Part shown: positions 11,654 to 24,075 of the stretch, one piece after another | Layout: the number at the start of each line of letters is the position of its first letter | Numbering within the stretch: the stretch's first letter is position 1 | The notes under the pieces: generated by a model | Told to the model about the DNA's origin: nothing | Databases searched by the model: none | The model's input: the letters and a program-made list of their open reading frames with translations, nothing else | Source: Cirrosporium novae-zelandiae | Lineage: Eukaryota | Direction of reading: 5' to 3' | DNA: 64,000 bases | Assembly (NCBI GenBank): GCA_026023565.1 | Contig: JAPETS010000009.1 | Span: forward strand, 248,001 to 312,000 | Position numbers and translations under genes: made by a program

Positions 11654-13767
11654 TCCAGACACATTTATATAAACAGGAACGGAAACGCTATCTTTCGAAA
11701 GAGTATCTGATACAGGGTCTAAAAAACACCAGGAATGACAAACAGTTTTTAAAACATGTCATGTTAATGTTAATACTTTGTGAGAATTCCACCGAATGCA
11801 CCATTCTCCGGATCAGCGCCCTCTACAATTTTCATATCACGACTTAAGCAGCATGGGCCTGGACACATCGATGCGACTAGAGAAGCTGGGCCCTAACAAG
11901 GAAGGGATATGAAAAACAACCGCAGAAAGTTCTCCAGTCAAGATTATCGGCAAGTAATCCTCACAATCACCAAGTGCTCTGCTACGGCCCCACAACAGAC
12001 TACATACATTTTCTGATCATCTTCAGCCTATGAAGCAACTACCAGTTTCCCTAGCAGCCGCCGCAACGATGTTTTACAGTTCGCAATGCTAGAAGCCACC
12101 AGAAGAAAGCGATTGAGTTTAATAAACAAAAGAGGATTATGGGTACTATAGTTCGAAAAGGAATGGAATGTCAGAAGTCTTGGGGTTGTGTTGAAACTTC
12201 TGCTCAGGCTTCGCTTCGGATGAACCAGGGACGCACACGCACACTATAGCTGTAACTCATCCTGAGGGTTCAACCAATGAATCCAATCATCATCCCATCT
12301 AGATATAGATAGCCCAATACCCATGTTCCCGAATTCTAAGCTCCCAACCTCTGAAGTAAATATACTGTACATGTACGTTCAAGCACTTTCCCATAAGTAT
12401 GGCCAGGTAAAACACCCTACCTGTAGGTACGCAAAAGTACAGTACCTACTTACTACCCCTACTATACTTTCGAAAGTATATACTACAACAAACTCAATCC
12501 ATAGATAAGCTCCCTTCGAAGCGCCCACTTTCAGACTTTCCCCTTTCAAGACGGTCTCAGGTCAAAACAATAAAATACAAAAAAAAGTAGTGGATCTATA
12601 TCTCCATGGAGTTGTGGGTGGTACTGGATGGATGGTTGGTTGGTTTGCTGGCTAAAGCAACTTAGCTAGGCAGCAAAGGTGGTAACAACAAGATGAAGAA
12701 GAAAGGCTCTACTTGAAGTAGTATTTAGCTAATTTAATTAATTAGATAAATTACAAAGAACTTTTTTATACCCCACCCACGTGCCCATGCTACAGTAGCT
12801 CAGCCCTACCCGGCTAGACCCGCCTACCCGTCCAGTCTACCCCACAGTCCCTATAGTCTCCACCTACTCGAGCCTACTAAGTCCCACCAGTTCAAAGTTT
12901 AAAAAAAGCCCCCCCCTAAAAAACAAAACAGAAAACCCTCCACTCCACTTTACGCCATCCCATCTCAATTTTCAAGCCCTGAAGAACCCTCGAAGGGAGG
13001 GTATTCTCTTCACCAGCCTCAGAACCCCCCAATATTCACTCCATCTTTATTGGAGAAGGAGAAGGAGGAAGAGAGGGGGGGGATTAATGAAGTGTAATTC
13101 GAGTAGTCCGGTACTATCGTGGCGGAAATTGTTATTATTATTATCGATGGCTAGTGAAGCAGGAGTGGGAATGAGAATGGGAATGAGAGATATTTAGCAT
13201 TTAGTCTAGTTCATAGGGCTGGACTGACGGTTATGACCCCCCCCCCCTCTGTCCCTTCTTTCTTATTAGGCTAAATAGTATGGTAATATATCTTAGCTAT
13301 CAAATTTCCAAATTCCCAATCCTGAGCGATTAACATGACCTTTTTGGTTAGGTTGGGTTTTAAGGGTTGGGTTTCAAGGATAAAGGAAGTATGCGATTTT
13401 TATCCTTTCCTTTTGGAAGGAAGCTGGAGGGTATTCAGTATCTAGTATTTAGAGAGTAAGTGGTATGTATTATGGGTTAGTTGGTTGGCAAGGTGAAGAG
13501 GAAGTTCTATTTTTTTTTTTTCTTTCTTTCTTTTTTCTTGCTCGCTGCTCTCTGCTTCCTTTATATACATACATACATACATACGTATATTACATACCGT
13601 TTTAACTCCAAGTTAAACTTAAAGTTTGAAAAATCCCCGAGCCCTAAAGTAACTAACCCACTATCGCGGAAATGGCCTTAGCCGTAGTAAGTACTATTGT
13701 TAGACCAAGACCTTGATTCCCCCAAAGTCAGTTGAGTCCATATAAATGCGAATAATGAAGTGAAAAC

Positions 13768-13789
13768 GGGGGGGGGGGGGGGGGGGGGG
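13768..13789. repeat. Poly-G run (22 nt)
   Basis: Read directly. Confidence 0.9.
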
Positions 13790-14037
13790 TTGTGGTATTT
13801 TGAAGTTTGTTTGAGGGTATTGGAGATGAGATCAGAGTAATGTAATTAAGTTCATGATATGATATTTGTTACGAATGTCAAGCTACTGTACACAACGACC
13901 CCCTGATTCTGGAAACTTGAAAGTCATTTATATCCAAAACCAAGTTATACACAGCGAAAGGAATGGGACCAGACCAAACCTCGACCAACTAGACTCTTGA
14001 TTGCCTTACCTAATAAGGTCTATTATGGTCTATCACA

Positions 14038-14056
14038 TGTGTGTGTGTGTGTGTGT
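14038..14056. repeat. (TG)n microsatellite
   Basis: Read directly. Confidence 0.9.
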
Positions 14057-15117
14057 ATAAATATTTAGACTACCTGGAATATTACTAATAGAATTAGTCT
14101 ATATATATTTGTTATTCCATTTAGATTAGATAATTAACGGATTTGATAAGGTGTTTGTGAATCAAAGTTCAAAAAACTTTCTCGGCACTCCGCTAAGACC
14201 GGCCAGACCAAGGCCCTCAATCTGGTCGATTCCCTTCCCTGTTCAGAATCCTTTCTCCCCTCCTCACCTTCCGGTAAAACTCTAAGCCTACCTACAGTAC
14301 TTGCCTAACTCGGTTTATATCACCAACTACGACCAAATATATATTTCCTTCTATCCCTGTTACGGATACCTTATATGACTAGATAGATTGCCCCATTGTA
14401 ACAAGCGGGTAATCACGTCCTTTTGGCTTAGGGGTAAAATTCTAGCTTATCGCTAACAATCCCATTCTGATTCTATTCGACTCGATTTCACTATCTGCTA
14501 TCATATATATATATACTCTACTCCACAAACGAAAAAAAAAACTTCTTTTTCTCCTGTTTAATTTGCTATTATTTTTCAATGAAAAGTTATTGAGTAGTTT
14601 AAGTTGATAGTACTTAACTCTCTTTAATAAAACACACGATAACCTAACTAGACATAACCTAACCTCCATTCAATCTTTTTGTAAACTCTCAAGGGTTGAC
14701 TACTGTGAAAGAGTTACCAGTTTTTGGCTGCCTAGGGCACCGAATGAGGGCAAACCTCTATTCGGAAAGCTCTAGGTAAGCAAGAACAGGGGACAACACA
14801 CCGGAACCTCGGAGTTAGTTTCTTATCCATTTACGTACTAGTCCTAGACATAGGGTACAGCTATCTATCTATATAGGTAGCTGTACGCCCTGATAGACAT
14901 AGACGAATAACAGATTTTTTTGCTCCCTTAATTCTTTTATTTTGTTTGGTTGATTTGTTTGTCTACTCTAAGAATCACGTATTTATTTATTTATCTAGGT
15001 CCTATATACGATACCGTTCCTATAGCTGCCCCAGGCCCCTTATATCCTATACCCACAGCTCTATCTAAATGCTCAACCCTAGCACTCTTTCACACTACAA
15101 ATATTCCTACCGTTTCA

Positions 15118-18100
15118 TCACAAATCGTCCATTTCATCCGCCAGTTCGCTCCCAATGAATGCACGCCTAGTTTGAACATCGTTCGCCATGCTGTGGCTGA
15201 ACTTTGGGTTTAGGACCGTTGCTTGTCGTGGCGGCGGAGTCTCATAAGACATATGTATGGTTGGTGAACGTCCTCCTTCTTGGCCATTCAGATTGATTGC
15301 TTGGCGCAGATAGAGAGTGTCCTGGGCATGCCGAACGACTCTTTGGGGTCTATCATTGTATGAGTATAGATAGTCTTGCCCATGGATATATCCCTACTTA
15401 TCGGCGTATATGTCGTCCTCTTTAGAGTACACCGAAAGACTCTGCGAAGAGCTCGTAGGATACTTCTGCTTCTGGCTCTGGAAGCGGTCAAAGCGGTCGC
15501 GGCGTTCGTATGCAAGTTCTGCGTCGTTTTTGCCCGCTGTATCGGCCATGTAGCTGTCGAATTCAAGCGTTGCAGTTGCTACGATCTTGAAATGCCTCTT
15601 CGTCAATCGTGGCGTGCCAATACGCGCATAAGGATCCCTCTCCAAGCGCTCCATATACTCAGCGCGCATATCGTGGTACGCAAGAGACAAGGCAATTTGG
15701 AAAGCGTTTCGAATTTGCCGGCCATTCCATCTCCCTTTCCCGTGCGAGAACTTCTTAAAGTGTTTTTTCGCAAATTTTAGGATTTCATTGTTGTCAATAT
15801 AAAGGGGAGGGTCTCCGGTCTGTTTCCGTCGTTGTTCCTCAACCTTTCTAATTTGCTCAATATTCATCTTCCAAATCGCCGTCGTTTGCTCTTCCTCAAG
15901 GGGCGGGTAGTACAGGCTCATGTGGATGCGCGATTTGAAGGCCTCATCATGAGTCCCCACTCGGTTTGTTGTTAAAAATAGAATCCCATTATAGTACTCA
16001 AGGACTTGCAGAAAGACTACGCTTTGTGTAAGCCATTGCTCGTATTGATAATTTATGGTATGCTTCAACTAACCTGAAACCAGTGCATTTCTTTTCAAGT
16101 CAGTCCTCGATCTCTGTGAGAGAAAGATGTCAGCCTCGTCGAGCAAAAGTATGCAATCCTACAGGTGCGCTAAACGGAATATTTCGTTGAGAGCCGATTC
16201 GACATCTGACGGCGTGAAGCCAAGGTCCCCACAGGTTATCGTGAAAAGCGGCTTCTTGTTTGCCTTCGCTACGCCTTCTGCCGTAGATGTCTTGCCAACC
16301 CCTGGTACGCCGTGTAACAGGATGACAATTCCTCTGCCTTTTCCTTGGATCACATCCTGATCGAGACTATCGGCGTAGTGTACCTTTTCAATCCCTTTCT
16401 TCACGAAGTGGGAATCTACTAATGCTTGGACCATATTTTTATGATTCCCGGGAAGTTTTAGACTTTCAAACGCAGTTTTTTGTTCGACGACTAGACTCGA
16501 GTACCGAATATCTATCTGGAAAAATTTGCGATTTCGAAGTACATACGCGAAGAGTCGTTTTGGCAGTAGAACGAGATCTTCTTCACGAAGGTCCTGCTTT
16601 TCTATGTTTTTGTTCATTCCCTGTTGGTGTGTACAGCTGATGAGAAACTTGTCTCTCCTGAGGTTTTCATTTCTTTCTCTCATAGTAACACCTTCGGTAA
16701 CTTGGACATGTTCAGCGATCTCTGAATCAAGCCTTTTGCGATCCTTATCTGACCATTGGTTAATCAAGACATTATCGAGTTTTGATGAATAATCCTCATC
16801 GACTTGTAGTGGTACATGCAATTTGGGCCTCCACTCTGGGTGCACTTGAAAAGCTTCAAAGAAGTCAACTATGATATCACTATCGACATACTCTAGATGT
16901 TCCCTCTCAGCTTTTATGGGCCGAGGTTCTTCTACAGAGTATCTTCTCACTCTTTCTGTTTCTCCAGGATTACGAGCAATTGTCACCCCATTGTAATATA
17001 GGTGTTTTGCTGCAGAATAATCTTGGAATATCTCGCCCCGTTCTTTCAATTCTTTCCAGATCCGGTCGTGATTCCGGGCAAATCTAAATGGATATATCTC
17101 CAGAGATAGGATATCACGTTCACCCTCAAAATAAGGAACGATGAATTTTTTTCGAACTGCACCGAACGAGGCTCCGCTGTAATCGATGTAATAACACCTA
17201 ACTTTGAAGGTTGTTAGTTTACCACCATCATCACCATCATCACTATCATCTCCAGAATTGCTCCTATATCAGAAAACCCTTGAACGCCTAACATATTCAA
17301 TCTTTTCTTGAATAGAATCGCTCCCAGAGTCTGGATAACTTTCACGCCTAAGAATTTGTCTGTGTTTATTAACGCGGGAAGCTCCCATAGTCCATTTAAG
17401 CTCTAGGGATGGAAAATTGCGGATAGTTGATTGATGAGAAATGGAATAAATTCTCCAAACAGCCTGGTACGATGAAGATAAAGGAGACCTTGTTATATCG
17501 TCATCTGGTCGCTCTGAGCGGATAGGAGCATATACAATCTCCCCCGTCCGGAAAAGATATCACAGATCATCGAAACGGACCTTAGGACGAGAATTACTCT
17601 GACAGCCATCAAATTGATGGTACAAGGGGATGATCTTCTTGTCAATAAAATTAACGTAGCATCGCATATCTCTTAACGCTTCAGGACTATCCAAGAGTGG
17701 GTCCAGAGTTTCTTCGATATCATCGTTATGAGCAGAGCTTCCTTCAAAATTCTGGTCGGCTAAGCCAGAGCCCTCCCTATCGGCGATCTTACTATCAGAG
17801 TTAATATCTTTCTTCAAAGAAGAGCATGACATCTCTTCTGTTGTTTGCATAGTCTTTGTGTCATCTTGCTTTGTCACTGTATCACTCGAGTTCTTGACAC
17901 TAGCAGATTCTTGTCTTTCGAGTTCTCCCCATTTAGATTCCAGTTCACGGAGGGCCTCCTTCATCTTTTCATGAAAATAAATTATTGTTTTGAAGGGCCT
18001 GAAGAAAGTCCGCGGTTTCGAGGCCCATGACTCTCCAACGATTTTTCTGAGTATGGCAAGAATAGGCAATGACCGTATACGGACTCGCCGGGGCCAACGT

Positions 18101-18690
18101 TCCTCAGTCTCAGCCTCAGCACTGCGTTTTGGCTGCGCTATCAATTTAGCCTTGTTAGGTGACAGGATCGGATTTGATCTGTATGTGTTTATAATCGTCT
18201 GCTCCGTCCAGATTTCCTCTAGATTATGTCCTGCAAGAAGAACCTCAATCGCGTAGCGGGAGTCCTCTTCGCAATAACGGTTCTTGAAATCTGAAAAGTT
18301 GACGGTTCGTACCTCCGACATGGCCGGAATTCTCGCCGGCTTTCTATATTCGGAGGCCTCAGTCTCAGAGGAGGAATCATAATCGACTTCTTCTTTTACC
18401 CCATGCTTGGGTTTTGGTTTCAGTCCGACTTCAACCTTTGGAAAACTCTGGATGGCCGTGAATCGTTCTTCGAGCATGCTCAAACGGCTTTCAAGATGTT
18501 CTAGGTAGTCACGCTGAACTTCAACTACAGAAGCTTGATTCTGTTGTAGTGGTGCCTTAGTTAGATCCTCCTTGGCATCTGACCTAGCTTTTATAACAGG
18601 GGATTTTTCGGAATTGTCTTGGGGTGCTGTTTCAACATCTATTCCATTAATAGTTTGGATGGTCACTGTATTTGGCCCTAAGGCTTTCAT
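15118..18690 (-). pseudogene. Large fungal AAA+ ATPase with DUF7025-type N-terminal region; four in-frame stops, no frameshift seen
   Basis: Motifs RVRIRS, RPFK, RFDDL*YLF, CYYIDY, Walker A HGVPGVGKT, Walker B LLLDEAD, FLTTNR, AFKSRIH, WNGRQIRN. Stops: TGA 17560-62, TGA 17269-71, TAG 16159-61, TAG 15394-96. The frame stays open about 90 codons to TGA 15118-20. One intron near 16020-16073. The true start may be slightly upstream (ATG 18801). Confidence 0.9.
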
Positions 18691-20001
18691 GTTATGTGGT
18701 TGTTTGGCAGAGGTGCTATTGCCGTGGGGCTCTACTGCCTACAAACTCCTAAATCAGCATTTATTCCATGAAGAGTAGAGGGGATTCCTCGCCTCTTCCA
18801 TATTGCGCGGCTCCTAGTGTTGAAGCTGCTGTTGACGGTGGCAGTTTGCTTCCTCGTTATATCGTGACAGGAGGGAGAGTGGTAAGGACTAAGTTGGGCT
18901 TGGGCTTAAGGCACTCCGACAAAGTTTTTGTAGATACAGAAGGAAAATTCTTGTTAACAAGTAGCTGTACTCATAATTTTACTACAATAGGGTGCCTCGG
19001 AAGTAATACTCCCCTCTACCTTAATGATAGAACCTTTAACTGCTTACATGGGGTAGGCGCTACGAACCCTGGTGCCTAGGTCTAAATCAATATTAAGTGA
19101 AACGGCACAATATCCATGCTACCTAAATATTAGAAAACCTTTTCAATAGCGGAATTAGTTGGTACTTCTCTGGATGTGTTACATGGTAGAGCGCCGAACT
19201 GGATGAAGAATATGAAATGCGACATACATGTTACGGACAGCAAGTTTATATAGCTAAATTAGGTTACTCGCTTTAACTAGTGGGTAAACCACGTCCTTTT
19301 GGCATAATGAATATCACTTCGCGGCGACGTGCCCGACTAGGAGATTAGTAGATCAATTTTAAGGTGGATTTTGAGCTGAGAAGATCTGCAGCCCCGCCAA
19401 GTATCTACTCGAGTACCTAGGTGGGGGGTGCATGGGCCATATAAAAACCTCGTTTACAAAATGATCACTATCGTCGGTAGAATTTACAGAGAAAACAATT
19501 ACATTCTTTGACTGTTGATGAATAGCTGTGTAGCATTAATAAATAATAGCACATGACTACCGAATAATTAATATTTAGAGAAACTATAATAATAATATAA
19601 GTTGGTGTTTAAAACTAGCCGATATTACAATATATTGAGTAACCACTGTAAATAATAAGTATAGTCAAATGGGCTCGACCTTCAGGCGGTGATTATGGCT
19701 GAAGCTGAGAAAACACCCCAATGTAAATTTATCCTTGAAAGGTAACTCCGGTATTTACCTTTGACCTAAAAAGCAAAAGGCTTGGCTTCCGATGTATCAC
19801 AAAGCATTCTCTTAATCTATTCTTGGTATCATCTTCGCTGCGAGCGGAACGAGCTCTCAGCCCTATGCACTGTGATTTCTAATGTTGCTCCCCCTACGAG
19901 TTAAGAACCTCGCCGTCGTTCTAGAAAACCCAACTCGAACTATAACGGAGAGGTGCTTTAAGAATATCTTTCAGGGTGCACTTGACTTGAAACTGGGAAC
20001 G

Positions 20002-22058
20002 ATGACCATCGAATCCGCTAGAAACTACGTCGACAAAACAGGCACCACGCCATCATTCCGCTTTCGGTGTCCCAACGCACTTTGACAACCAACGGGCTGA
20101 GTACACAAGACAAGAATCTTACCAGTACGTTCAGAAGCTAGAGGACAATTTCTTTGGAAAAATACTGATAAACACATAGTGGTCTTGAGGAGGCCTTGGA
20201 GCAGTACCAGGCCATCGCAAAGCCGCCCCCTTGATTTCGATGTCAAGACCTGTACATGGAGAGATGTCCTTGATAAGGCATCCAGAGCCGAAGATCAATA
20301 TATTGCTGATGGTAAAGGTAAAAGAAATCTGGTTCGAAAGATAGGCAGGAAGGCAGGAGATTTCGCCCCGGCCATAAGCCCATAGCTAGAGATGGTACCT
20401 AGCGATAAAGGGTTAGTCGTATTGAATGGGGGCTTGAAATTGATCTTTAAGGTAGGAGAATGCTACTCCATTATAAAAATTTTCTGACCGTCCTCCTTTC
20501 TGAGGGACATAGATTGCAAAACAGAGAGCAGAGAAACGGGAGAAGGTTATGGAAACCTTTCATGAAATCCCCAAGATTGTTGAAATGGCACAAACCAAGC
20601 GGCAAATTTTCCCGTCGAATCAGACACTGAAAGATCGAGCTGTCAATTTATATACGACCCTTCTGCATGCCATCACAGGTTCAATCGCCGAATTGGTTCG
20701 AAAGAGCTTGAGTAGGTCCTTATGTCCCAATCGTGCAACTTTTATTTTCTAACATATTTTCACAGAAGCTCGCACGGTTGACTTTTTTAAGGGACCGCTT
20801 GCAGGAAAACCGATCGATGAGATATTAGGAACAGTCCAGAAAAGTGTGCAAACCCCTTCGAAATTGTGTAGATGATGTCAAGAACCAGATGTTAGCGGAT
20901 ATAGGTAACTTTGCCATACAAAGCAAACCAGAGCTACGAGCAATCCGTTGGGACACTAAGAAAACTGAAGTCGAAGCACGTGGGATCAGGACCGACTTAG
21001 GAAACGTGAAAGGAATTGCACAAGGCATAAAGGGTCAACTCTCCGGTGTTGAGGATATGGTACTAGAAGTCAAACGGAAACAAAATGAGATACTCAAGCG
21101 GCAGGATGAGAAGGCCCAAAATGATGGAATAAGGGCTAAGAACGATCTGTTCCAACTTTTTCTAGACGAATTGCGCAGTAAGGACCCTTTGCGATTGGTG
21201 CAAATAAGTAATTCTACTCACTCTGTGAACAGAATTTAATTTAGAAACAGAAAGAGAACGAGCCTCGCACCCCGAATCCTTTCAACCCCTGGTCCCTTTC
21301 TCTCCTTAGCCGAATTGCTCACACTACTTCAGATACCCCATATGATGACAAGCAATGATCTTGACTATGTGCTCAGGCAGGGCAGCGACTTTGATCTCAC
21401 CGCACAAGGCCAAGCGCGATGGCTCCTGCGAACACGCCAGTTTCAAGGCTGGCTTTCCCCCAGAGATTCGGACCTCCTACTCGTCGATGGTAATACGGAC
21501 TCCTCTATAGGGGGAGGGCTATCGCCACTGTCCCTCCTCTGCGCTACGCTCGTCCTCAGCTTTTTTAAAATGAGGCCTCGGCCTATCTCACTGCACTTCT
21601 TCTGTGGCCAGCACGACGCCCCCGACGATGTGCTCAAAGGCCCCAACGGACTCATCAGAAGTCTTATTACCCAGCTCCTCCTAACGCACCAAATGTTTAC
21701 CCTCTACTTCATCAACTCACATCAACATTGCACAGGCCTTGAGGCACAATCGCTCGCTGCTCTCTGCAATACCTTCCAAAAGCTAGTCAAGCAGCTCCCG
21801 CCTCGCACGCTCATCTATTGTGTCCTGGACGGTATCTCGCTGTATGAAGGAACAGATTGGGACGGCGACCTAGCTTTTGTAGTTGATCGCCTGAATAAAA
21901 TCGTCAAGGATGAGTGCTTGCAGCCTACATTCAAGTTGCTTATGACGAGCCCATACTTTACCCGCTCTATACAACGTCAAATAAAGCCTTCTCAGCATGT
22001 CGTCCTTCAGGAAGGCATAGCTGATGGTCAATCCATCTCTCAGCGTTCTTTATGGTAA
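20002..22058 (+). pseudogene. NACHT/NPHP3-N-like protein with helical N-terminus, coiled coil and degenerate P-loop
   Basis: Four GT-AG introns (about 20125-20179, 20452-20512, 20712-20766, 21178-21232). Motifs CTWRDV, GGLKLIF, FQGWL, LLLVDG (no GKS/T), LHFFCG, LIRSLITQLL, YCVLDGISLYE, KLLMTS. Lesions: +1 shifts in runs at 20035-38, 20226-30 and 20853-56, plus TAG 20383-85 in place of a likely Trp. Confidence 0.8.
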
Positions 22059-22169
22059 TTCATGAATAAGTTTGCATTTTCCACTAACTAAGTATAGCTA
22101 CCGAGATTCAGTAATGGCAATGACCCGTTGCATTGTGATCGCTGGGAAGTTTTTTTTTTTTTGCTTGCC

Positions 22170-22960
22170 TTTGTGATCAAGTTGCACATAATGAAGAATA
22201 GAGTCATAATTTGGAGTGCTTCGTTAGATCTCCTAGACTAGCAAATGATTTAACGAGCCTTTCGAAAGATAGGCTCTCTTCTCCAAAGTAGAGGAAGCAG
22301 ATAGTTGACCACTTTTCCTAAAACACCGATAGCATAGCTGCACTCGGTGACTACTTCTCAGTGGCCACGGCGACTATCTATGAACAGGCTTCTTTGGTTG
22401 ACGTTAGACTCGCTCTTATGGTACAGTACATGGCCGTCCACGTGGTTAGACAGTTCTCTCTTCACGGAATTTGCAGTGGGTAGCAACAGTATTGATGATA
22501 GCACCACGCCGGCGAAATTCCACTTTCAAGGCTGTTCCCGGGAGCTAATATTCGAGACAGACGTGAGATTCGAGGCCACAAAAGCTTTATCGGCAAGAAT
22601 GAGGCCCAGAAGAGCGACATGGGGACTGAGAATCAGGGGCAGATAGAATTTCTAGTATAACCCGAGGCTATCGGATGCCTTATGCCTTTAAGCCTTCTTC
22701 TACCTTTCCCTCGACGTTGATCCAATAGCTAATCGGAGAAGACCTTCATTGTACGATGAGAGATAGTTGGCATAACCTGATTAGAATCCTTGCCTGTGTA
22801 TTAGTAGCATCTATAAAGTAGTTAGACAAACGATGAAACTGCAGGAGAAAGTAGATGAAGAGAATGAATAATTGCCTGTGCTATCGTTCCTCGATCCCGT
22901 CAAGGAGATGCTATTGTCTGTATAATCCTCATCCTCACTACACCCGAAGCAGTAAGTGAC
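22170..22960 (-). mobile_element. Internally deleted relic of a DUF3435 tyrosine-recombinase gene (Starship captain family)
   Basis: Colinear motif blocks on the minus strand: acidic N-terminus; FSD*LLDQRRGKGRRRLKGI; SLGLY*KF; LILSPHVALLGLILADKAFVASNLTS; LPGTALKVEFRRRGAIINTVATHCKF; AAMLSVF*EKWSTICFLYFGEESLSFERLVKSFASLGDLTKH. Recognised from recall of DUF3435 proteins. Confidence 0.75.
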
Positions 22961-22989
22961 CACAAGAAACCTCTGCGGAACGTAGCCGG

Positions 22990-23560
22990 AAAACGGAAGA
23001 TACAGTGGTCTAACTTGGCTGAAGAGAAAGATTCTGATTGTTTTGGTCGAAATATTCCTTAGGCCACGTTCCCTTTCGAATCCAATACTCGACTGGATCG
23101 ATCTTGTGAGTGATGTCGCCCGTCGCAGATTGGCCGCCTGTATCCAGAAGAACCGAGTTTGCAATATGTGTTTGTTGCTGCTTTCGAAGGTGATTGGTTG
23201 GAGCACGAATATGTGGTTCTTTGGGTTCATGTGCTCGTTTTGGTTTTCGATCCTGAGCTTGCAGCGGGCCTGGTAGATTCTGTGAATACTCAACTGGAAT
23301 TAGCTTGATGACATAATAAAAGGAGAGTGACATGCCTCTTTGCCGGAAGCGTTGCTAGGTAGGGACAGAAGCGGATGCTTCCGTTCAGTATCAGTATCCT
23401 TGGATACAATTTGTTTCTGGAGGTGTTGCAGGCGTGCGCTCCTACGAAGAGTTGGTTGTGGTCGTCTTTTTAGAATACCCCGAGGCAACTTCCCTATAAT
23501 CAGTTAATACGGGTTAGTCATGAGGTATGAATGGCTTGCTTACCTTGGTCTTTTGGTATC
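22990..23560 (-). pseudogene. 5' fragment of a DUF7924-type accessory protein
   Basis: LRRSARLQ and DPVEYWIRKGTWPKEYFDQ match the N-terminal signature of this family as I recall it. Truncated, with stops. Confidence 0.5.
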
Positions 23561-24075
23561 GAAGGTTTCCGCTGATGACAAGCCATATCGGCTAGAGGGG
23601 GAGGTGTAAGTCGTGAACTGATGTATAGGTAGACGTAAGAGCGTGATGAAATGTTCTGCCTGGTAACTGTGGTTGCTAGAATATATTAATGCTTCAGAAT
23701 ATCTTCCATAGATGTAATTCATTGTCCTTGGATAAAATAACACAACTCTTCGAGCTGGTTCTGGGATGTCTCTTATCACCTAACAAGATCTTATCATAAG
23801 GGCCAACCAGACTTTCGGGGTGACCCCTCTGCTAGCGAGCAATGACCTTCACTTCTCTCTAGCGAATGATAACAATCCTAAGTCATTTTTACTGACCATC
23901 GTCCCCATGTCTCGGTTCCAACCCACCCCCCAGTTCTGGTAGCTCTCTGGTTAACTTCCCACAGAACTTAATATATGCGCTGCCACATCCTTTGGAGTCC
24001 CAAATGAACTCGGAGTAGTTTGTTGGTTAAAATTTACTGTGAAGGGGTTTCTGTGACCCCTGCTGGCCATACAAA

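Noticed and set aside
15118..22058. Alternative genetic code to explain in-frame stops
   Set aside because: Intact genes in the window end in TAA, TAG and TGA and use TGG for Trp; frameshifts occur alongside the stops.
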